Notes under the pieces: generated by a model
What the model was told of the DNA's origin: nothing
Databases searched by the model: none
Seen by the model: the letters and a program-made list of their open reading frames with translations, nothing else
In this document: one piece after another, positions 21,197 through 27,899 of the stretch
Layout: every line of letters starts with the position of its first letter
Numbering within the stretch: position 1 is the first letter of the stretch
Assembly: GCA_963934255.1 (NCBI GenBank)
Contig: CAWVXU010000022.1
Location: 1 to 32,957, forward strand
Length of the DNA: 32,957 bases
Source: an uncultured Fibrobacterales bacterium
GTDB taxonomy: Bacteria > Fibrobacterota > Fibrobacteria > Fibrobacterales > CAWVXU01
Reading direction: 5' to 3'
Translations under genes and position numbers: made by a program

Positions 21197-22222
21197 TTAT
21201 TGGTTTTTGGTCATACAATGTAAAGAGCCACCTTCTGAAATTAATAGCTCAGAGGGGACTCCTATGATTTCTCTATTTGGAAGGTGTTTTTCGAGTATTG
21301 ATCTAAAAGTAAGCTCGGATATTGGGTCATGATAGCTTGGGTAAATTAGTGCTCCATTAACAAAGATGAAATTTGCATAAGACCTTGGGATAATTGTATC
21401 ATCTGTATTTTGAGGAGGGACTGGTGGGATTATTTGAATTTCAATTTCAGGAAGTTGCTTTCTTAAAATAAGATAATTCAGCATCATACCTTCAAAATTT
21501 GGATCATGTGGGTCTGAAGGGACGACAAGTAAAAGGATTGTTGGTGATATAAATCTGGCGAAGTTGTCAATGTGGCCATCGGTGTGATCTCCCTTGAGAC
21601 CGTCGGGTAGAATAATCAAATGGTGAATGCCAAATTCAGTTTGAAGCTTTGATTTTAACTGTGAAATTTTAAAACGAGAATTTCGATTTAAATCGTCAAG
21701 GCAAGTCGCAGTTGTCAACCCAATACCTTGTCCATTCACTTCTAATGCACCACCTTCAAAAATTAAATTGGTTTGTGAATGGCTTGTGGATTGAAATCCT
21801 GCCAAATTTCGGTTTGAAACGAGTTGTAAAATTTGTTGAGCGACTTGAGAGTCAAGATTCCAAGGTTGGAATTTCTTACCCCAAGAATTAAATCCAGTGA
21901 TAAAGATTGAATTATTCGCTCTAAAAAACGGACCAAAATCTCGTATCCAAATCGTGTTTGTAAGAATATTGTGAAAATGTATTTTTGTGGAAGTTCTATT
22001 TAAATTTTGATAAGCCTGGCCGCTAAAAAATATTTGTTGCTGTTCGTCAGATATTAGAAGATGAACATCTTGGTGTTTTAAGAGAATAGAAATCAAACGA
22101 AAATAATAGTCGCGAATATTGGATAGCTTATGTCCCCAATTAAAGACATTGTGAGGCCAGACCAGCCATGTCGCTTTTTGCTCTTCCCATTCAGCCGGAA
22201 GCCTCAGCTGAGGCCGAATCAA
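21197..22222 (-). CDS. aguA: Agmatine deiminase
   Basis: LPAEWE, WIRDFGP, FEGGALEVNGQG, DHTDGHIDN, SYANF and terminal GGSLHCMT. Confidence 0.92.
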   Translation of the reverse strand: MIRPQLRLPAEWEEQKATWLVWPHNVFNWGHKLSNIRDYYFRLISILLKHQDVHLLISDEQQQIFFSGQAYQNLNRTSTKIHFHNILTNTIWIRDFGPFFRANNSIFITGFNSWGKKFQPWNLDSQVAQQILQLVSNRNLAGFQSTSHSQTNLIFEGGALEVNGQGIGLTTATCLDDLNRNSRFKISQLKSKLQTEFGIHHLIILPDGLKGDHTDGHIDNFARFISPTILLLVVPSDPHDPNFEGMMLNYLILRKQLPEIEIQIIPPVPPQNTDDTIIPRSYANFIFVNGALIYPSYHDPISELTFRSILEKHLPNREIIGVPSELLISEGGSLHCMTKNQ

Positions 22223-23079
22223 TTGTACCAGCGCTCGAGAAGCCCATCATAATTTTCAATTCGGCGGTCTCTAAAAAATGGCCATGCCCGTCTTTGGTTT
22301 TCAATATCTTGAGTTTCAATTTCTGAGATTTGCGTGCCTTCTTCTAAACCCGAAATATTGAGTACTCGTCCAGTTGGGTGAGTCAGAAGGCTATTGCCCC
22401 AAAATTTCAGATGCGATTCTTGACCCACTCGGTTCACCGCAAGAGTATAGACTCCGTTGGCTATTGCATGAGACCGAATAATGGTCCGCCAGGAATCAAC
22501 TTGATCTTCATAACAATCTTCAGGCTCTTCATCATCCCAACCAATAGCTGTTGGGTAATAAATGATGTCGGCACCTTTCATTGCAGTGAGTCTAGCGGCT
22601 TCTGGGAACCACTGATCCCAACAAATGAGCACACCAATATTTAGTTTGGGAGTTTGAATAACTCGAAAGCCTAGGTCACCGGGAGCGAAATAATATTTTT
22701 CATAAAAAGATGGGTCATCAGGGATGTGCATTTTGCGATAGATATCAAGTACTTCACCCTGGGTGCCAATAGTCAGGTTAGTATTATGAAATATTCCAGG
22801 TGCTCTTTTTTCAAAAATTGGAAGGTGAATGATGCACTTAAATTGAGCTGCAATATCTTTAAAGGCTTTTAGGCTTGGGTGATCAAGCTCAATTGCAAGG
22901 TCAAAGTTCTCAATTTTTTCACTGATAGGGAAGTAGTCCCACAGAAATAATTCAGGAAGAAAGATAACATCGGCACCAAGCTTTGCAGACTCGGTCACTT
23001 TTTGAAGATAAAAAGATCGATTTGCCTCAAAGCTACCTTGAGAAGGGTATTGAAGCCAAGCAATTTTCGCTTTAGTCAT
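22219..23079 (-). CDS. aguB: N-carbamoylputrescine amidohydrolase (nitrilase superfamily)
   Basis: Glu-Lys-Cys triad contexts LPELF, YRKMHIPDDP and ICWDQWFPE, plus YPTAIGW and WPFFRDRR. 4-nt overlap with aguA. Confidence 0.93.
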   Translation of the reverse strand: MTKAKIAWLQYPSQGSFEANRSFYLQKVTESAKLGADVIFLPELFLWDYFPISEKIENFDLAIELDHPSLKAFKDIAAQFKCIIHLPIFEKRAPGIFHNTNLTIGTQGEVLDIYRKMHIPDDPSFYEKYYFAPGDLGFRVIQTPKLNIGVLICWDQWFPEAARLTAMKGADIIYYPTAIGWDDEEPEDCYEDQVDSWRTIIRSHAIANGVYTLAVNRVGQESHLKFWGNSLLTHPTGRVLNISGLEEGTQISEIETQDIENQRRAWPFFRDRRIENYDGLLERWYN

Positions 23080-23112
23080 TTGTCTAACCTATCTGATTGT
23101 CGTATTTTAATC

Positions 23113-24630
23113 CTATTTGAATAAGGCAGAACTTAATGCAAAGCACTTTTTGTCTGTGTGTACCTCAACGCGGATATAATCGCAATCATTCATGTCAAAA
23201 GGTTGTTCCCATTGAAAACTAGTGCTTTTAATCAATTCACTCGTTTCTTTTTGTGAGTCTAAATGTCCTTTAAATATAATGACCTTTGTTAACTGCCCCC
23301 AATCACTGTTACTTAAAGCTTGGATTGAGTTATTTTCAATTTTGACAAAGGGTCCATCAGTAATACAAGAGATATCACCTCGCATTGCTTCAAGTAAATC
23401 ATCTTGTGAGGATGATTGAGCCGGGAATAGAGTCCTGACTCGACCAAAACTATGAATATGACTAGTCCAAAGGCTAAAAAGTGGGATTTTGACACCACTA
23501 GAGCGGTTGAGGTCACCATGAGCGTCATTTCCTGCGATCGGTAAAAGTTGGTTCCCTTTAAGAAGTTGTTTGACCCAAAAGGCTCGACCTTCTTTAAAGT
23601 TTAAACCACGCCCACCATTCCAAAATTGTAATCCATCCAGACCATCATGAATGTCTTCTTCATGCCATCTGCCTCGATTTAAAATCTTGACTTCTGGCAC
23701 GCTGACTCGGACTCGAGGATGGGCAGCAAAACAGACGCCACTTTTGCGAGTGGCTTGAACTTGTGGGATACTCAAATCTGGCTTGTTATTAAACCAGCGT
23801 CTACCGCCATCACCATGCCCTGGGATGTAATCTTCATTACCAATAACTAAAAAATGGACATTTTCATTCAGATGATTTCCTGCGGAAACTTCTTCGCTAC
23901 GTATAACAGTGGGGAGTCCAGGGGGCAAGTTTTCAATATCTTTGGCTAATTGATTCCACTTAATTTGCGGGTCAATAGGGACCATGTAATCTTTGCTGTC
24001 GTAGTTGAAGTCATAACTATGATCTGTCGGGGCCCAGAAATCTAGCCCGACACACTGACCTGCTTGGGTCATTGTTTTAAGATCGCCACCAAACTCAACT
24101 TGATCTGATGAAATATTTGTGTGGCAATGTAGGTCGCCGGCAAACCAACCTTGAGGGTAGGGGAAAGCTTCTTTTAACCTTGTGACAACAAGGCTATTAG
24201 GGGGGAGTCCATGATAATTCCAGTTAAGGATGTCTCTTTTTTTGCCACGCGTGTTTTCAACTTCCACTTTAACATCAATGATATAATCACCCTCATCCTG
24301 ACCTACAGTTATCTCAATAGGGAAAGAAGTAAACCACTCATTGAAGTTTTGATTGACATCAATAGTGCCTTGAGTTCTTACTTTAGAGTTTTGATGTAAT
24401 ACGGTCCAAGTCACTTGGTGAACTTGAATTGGGTACAGATGTGCATCTTTGATGACTATCCAAAACGGAACTTGAGCGCCTTGAATGGCAAGACAGGGAG
24501 CATCTACGATGATCTCTGGCCAAGGACATGAGAGAGGGGACCAAGGGAAACGAAACTTATAATGTGTCTCGGCATATCCATCTTGGTTGCCCAAAAGCGA
24601 TTTAATTAAGTTTAGATAATTTTTAATCAT
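23113..24630 (-). CDS. PHP-domain metallohydrolase (CehA/McbA-like) with an N-terminal beta-rich extension
   Basis: GDLHCHT, TDH, EEVS...VH, AAHP and GNDAH metal-ligand motifs. Confidence 0.8.
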   Translation of the reverse strand: MIKNYLNLIKSLLGNQDGYAETHYKFRFPWSPLSCPWPEIIVDAPCLAIQGAQVPFWIVIKDAHLYPIQVHQVTWTVLHQNSKVRTQGTIDVNQNFNEWFTSFPIEITVGQDEGDYIIDVKVEVENTRGKKRDILNWNYHGLPPNSLVVTRLKEAFPYPQGWFAGDLHCHTNISSDQVEFGGDLKTMTQAGQCVGLDFWAPTDHSYDFNYDSKDYMVPIDPQIKWNQLAKDIENLPPGLPTVIRSEEVSAGNHLNENVHFLVIGNEDYIPGHGDGGRRWFNNKPDLSIPQVQATRKSGVCFAAHPRVRVSVPEVKILNRGRWHEEDIHDGLDGLQFWNGGRGLNFKEGRAFWVKQLLKGNQLLPIAGNDAHGDLNRSSGVKIPLFSLWTSHIHSFGRVRTLFPAQSSSQDDLLEAMRGDISCITDGPFVKIENNSIQALSNSDWGQLTKVIIFKGHLDSQKETSELIKSTSFQWEQPFDMNDCDYIRVEVHTDKKCFALSSALFK

Positions 24631-24677
24631 GTGTGAAATGTAGCAATTTTGCCATTTTGAAATGGGAAATGATACTT

Positions 24678-25193
24678 TTAAAGTGGGGATTTAAATGGTT
24701 TTAAGTTGAGCTTTTGGCGGTGAGTTTGGATCCATTGCCAAAGCGATGAATCTCTAGCGCATTGACGTAATATTGCACTTGAAGACCAATGTGATTGACT
24801 TTTAAGACCTTTGAGTTCAAATTCACCCTCTGTCCAAAGCGATACAACGCACATCAGCCAAATGGGGTATTTGGAGTTCTGAGTGCTAATCCGTGATTGA
24901 GGAAGTTTGCGCCAATGTACTTGGAGTTCATCGAAAGTAAATGGGTGTTTGTAGGCTATGGCCAAGCGCAGGAGACGAAGTGCTTCTCTTCTATTTCTTT
25001 TACCTTCGCGGTGTTGAGAACATTCACAAGTGAACTTTAAGACTTTATGGGTCAGTCTGATGCCGGTCCTAACGCGATTCTTGTGCTGGCCACCAGGGCC
25101 TGTACCTGAGAAAGACTGCTCTTGACAAAGTTTGAAAGCTTCTTGCTCATCAAGTAAAAAAAACTCTAAGTAAGCCTGAAAGTCTGCAGTCAT
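24678..25193 (-). CDS. Peptide chain release factor-like (RF-1 domain, GGQ) protein
   Basis: SGTGPGGQHKNRVRTGIRLTH followed by C-SQHR...NRREALRLL. ATG 25193 is preferred because the track's 25229 start overlaps the divergent gene. Confidence 0.85.
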   Translation of the reverse strand: MTADFQAYLEFFLLDEQEAFKLCQEQSFSGTGPGGQHKNRVRTGIRLTHKVLKFTCECSQHREGKRNRREALRLLRLAIAYKHPFTFDELQVHWRKLPQSRISTQNSKYPIWLMCVVSLWTEGEFELKGLKSQSHWSSSAILRQCARDSSLWQWIQTHRQKLNLKPFKSPL

Positions 25194-25221
25194 TTGAATC
25201 TCACTTAGGTATATTACGCTA

Positions 25222-25941
25222 ATGAACAAAATAAGAAAAATATGTCATGGTTTGGCTGGTTTAAGTTTGATTACTTTTATTGTGGCTTGTGCTAGTGATC
25301 TTCCGGTGAATGATGAGAAATTAGTGGGTATTTCAAATGGTTTTAAACCAAAAGAATTAACTGACTCAACTCAATTAAATCATCTTGCATTGATGATTGG
25401 GGGGTTTAAGGCCAACGTGAGAAAATTTCATGGCAGAAAGATTTTTAATACAATGTCCTATGACTCTCAAATATGGCTGAGTCAAATGATCGAAGCTGTG
25501 AAGAATGATGACCGTATTGATCTCGAGGGTCGAGAATATTATGAGCAATTGACTATCCTTGGCTTGCGTCACTCAATACTCTCAGGTACACTCAAAAGTT
25601 CAGAATTTAAAGATGTCACAAGGTTCATATTCTCTCAAGGACCTTTGAGGATTGCTTTTAGAATGAAAGAGTCAGAACTTGGGCCTTTGACTTTGTCAAC
25701 TGAAGGAGGTGAGGGCCGTCAGGGGTTAAGTAAATCACCCCGAGTACCAGTTTATTTTTACATCTACGAAGATGATAGGTGGAAGCTGGATTTACTTAGA
25801 ATGCTCCCGATTATCTCTCGTGCCCAAGAAACTATTGCCTTGAAGAAAAAGATGACCAAAGTCAATAGTATTATCTACTTATTAAACGTCGTCACCTCTA
25901 AAAATTATGGTAAAGCCATATTTGAACCATTGGACTTTTAA
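25222..25941 (+). CDS. Hypothetical lipoprotein
   Basis: Basic N-terminus, hydrophobic stretch and IVAC lipobox. 239-aa ORF whose stop overlaps the next start (TAATG). Confidence 0.7.
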   Translation: MNKIRKICHGLAGLSLITFIVACASDLPVNDEKLVGISNGFKPKELTDSTQLNHLALMIGGFKANVRKFHGRKIFNTMSYDSQIWLSQMIEAVKNDDRIDLEGREYYEQLTILGLRHSILSGTLKSSEFKDVTRFIFSQGPLRIAFRMKESELGPLTLSTEGGEGRQGLSKSPRVPVYFYIYEDDRWKLDLLRMLPIISRAQETIALKKKMTKVNSIIYLLNVVTSKNYGKAIFEPLDF

Positions 25942-26489
25942 TGATCAAACCGTGGAAACTTTTATCTTCAAAAACATTGATTAAAAACAAATGGTTGAAC
26001 CTGATTGAAGAAAAACTAGAGACCGAGAGTGGTGGAGATATATATCCATTTTATAAATTTGAAACTGGATCATGGGGAATGGTGATTGCCAAAACCAATG
26101 AGAATCAGTTTGTCTTGGTAAAACAATACAGGCGTGGTACTGATGAAATTTGCTTAGAATTCCCCGCTGGTTCAATTGAAACAAATGAAGACTTTGCAGA
26201 TGGACTCAAAAGAGAGCTTCTCGAGGAAACAGGCTACAGCTCTGAAAAATCAATCATTTTATTAGGTCAATTCCCAGTAAACCCATCTAATCAAACGGGT
26301 GAAGTGGTTATCTATTTTTGGGATAAAGTCATCTTGACTCAAGAGCCAAACTTGGATCCCACTGAGGAAATTGAAGTCGTATTGATGTCTGAGGCTGAGG
26401 TCCAAGAGTCATTCAAATCAATGGTGATTAAACACCCAATTCATCACCTCGCTTGGTATAGATATTTAGAAATGCAAAATAAATCTTGA
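25941..26489 (+). CDS. NUDIX hydrolase (ADP-ribose pyrophosphatase-like)
   Basis: LVKQYR, LEFPAG, Nudix box GSIETNEDFADGLKRELLEETGY and LDPTEEIEV. Confidence 0.9.
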   Translation: MIKPWKLLSSKTLIKNKWLNLIEEKLETESGGDIYPFYKFETGSWGMVIAKTNENQFVLVKQYRRGTDEICLEFPAGSIETNEDFADGLKRELLEETGYSSEKSIILLGQFPVNPSNQTGEVVIYFWDKVILTQEPNLDPTEEIEVVLMSEAEVQESFKSMVIKHPIHHLAWYRYLEMQNKS

Positions 26490-26546
26490 ATCTAGAGTCC
26501 AATATCCGTAATATCATAGCAACTACAATGAACATTGGAGACTCTT

Positions 26547-27899
26547 ATGCCTTTTAGTGCTGACAAAATGAATATAACGACCTTTATTTCCGGCCTTGAA
26601 AGAAGAAATCCGGGTGAAAAGGAATTTCATCAGGCAGTTAAAGAAGTGGCAGAGAGTGTCATACCTTTCATCAATGAAAATCATCAGTATATTGAGCATA
26701 GAATCCTAGAACGATTAACTGAGCCTGATAGAATCATTACATTCAGAGTTTGTTGGGAAGATGACGAGGGTCATGTTCGCATTAACCGGGGGTATCGTGT
26801 GCAAATGAGTAATGCGATTGGTCCCTACAAAGGTGGATTAAGATTTCATCCGAGTGTTTCACTGAGTGTATTGAAATTTCTTGCCTTTGAACAAGTTTTC
26901 AAAAATAGCCTCACGACACTTCCTATGGGTGCAGCCAAAGGTGGTTCTGACTTTAACCCTAAAGGGAAATCAGATCGAGAAGTGATGCGTTTTTGCCAGG
27001 CATTTATGACTGAGCTTACCAATTACATTGGACCTGATCGTGATGTTCCCGCTGGAGATATTGGAGTTGGTGCACGAGAAATCTCATATATGTTTGCTCA
27101 ACACAAGCGTTTGACAACTCGTTTCCAAGGTGTATTGACAGGTAAAGGCCTGGCATTTGGAGGTTCATTAATCCGTGCAGAAGCCACAGGATATGGGACT
27201 GTTTATTTTGCCCAAGAAATGTTAAAAACTAAAAACGATAACCTTAAAGGTAAAGTAGCGCTTGTTTCTGGTTCAGGTAATGTAGCACAATATGCAGCTG
27301 AAAAACTCATTGATCTAGGGGCCAAAGTGGTTTCATTGTCGGATTCTGGTGGAGCGATCTATGATGCAGAAGGTATCACTCAGGAGAAATTAGAATGGGT
27401 GATTAATCTCAAAACTGTGCAGCGTGGGCGTATTTCAGAATATGTTAAAGAGTTTGGTGGAGAGTACTTTGAAGGTAAAACGCCTTGGCATATAAAAGCT
27501 GATATGGCTTTTCCTTGTGCGACTCAAAATGAACTCTTAGAGGATGATGCTGAGACATTACTGTCCAACGGTTGTATGCTAATCGCAGAAGGTGCAAATA
27601 TGCCTTGTGATCTTCCTGCGATTCATAGATTCCAAAAAGCAAAGATACTCTATAGTCCGGGGAAAGCTTCTAATGCCGGTGGTGTTGCTGTTTCTGGACT
27701 TGAAATGACTCAAAACTCAATGAGATTGAGCTGGGATCGTGAAGAATTAGATAATAAATTGAAAGATATCATAGCTAAGATACACAAACAGTGTGTAGAT
27801 CACGGAACCCAAGATGGACACATAGACTACGTTCGTGGCGCTAATGTTGCGGGATTCAAGAAAGTGGCAGATGCTATGGTAGCCTATGGATTTGTATAA
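26547..27899 (+). CDS. gdhA: Glutamate dehydrogenase (NADP-specific type)
   Basis: EFHQAV, GPYKGGLRFH, LAFEQVFKN, DVPAGDIGVG, EATGYG, GSGNVA and PGKASNAGGV. ATG 26547 follows a GGAG RBS. Confidence 0.96.
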   Translation: MPFSADKMNITTFISGLERRNPGEKEFHQAVKEVAESVIPFINENHQYIEHRILERLTEPDRIITFRVCWEDDEGHVRINRGYRVQMSNAIGPYKGGLRFHPSVSLSVLKFLAFEQVFKNSLTTLPMGAAKGGSDFNPKGKSDREVMRFCQAFMTELTNYIGPDRDVPAGDIGVGAREISYMFAQHKRLTTRFQGVLTGKGLAFGGSLIRAEATGYGTVYFAQEMLKTKNDNLKGKVALVSGSGNVAQYAAEKLIDLGAKVVSLSDSGGAIYDAEGITQEKLEWVINLKTVQRGRISEYVKEFGGEYFEGKTPWHIKADMAFPCATQNELLEDDAETLLSNGCMLIAEGANMPCDLPAIHRFQKAKILYSPGKASNAGGVAVSGLEMTQNSMRLSWDREELDNKLKDIIAKIHKQCVDHGTQDGHIDYVRGANVAGFKKVADAMVAYGFV

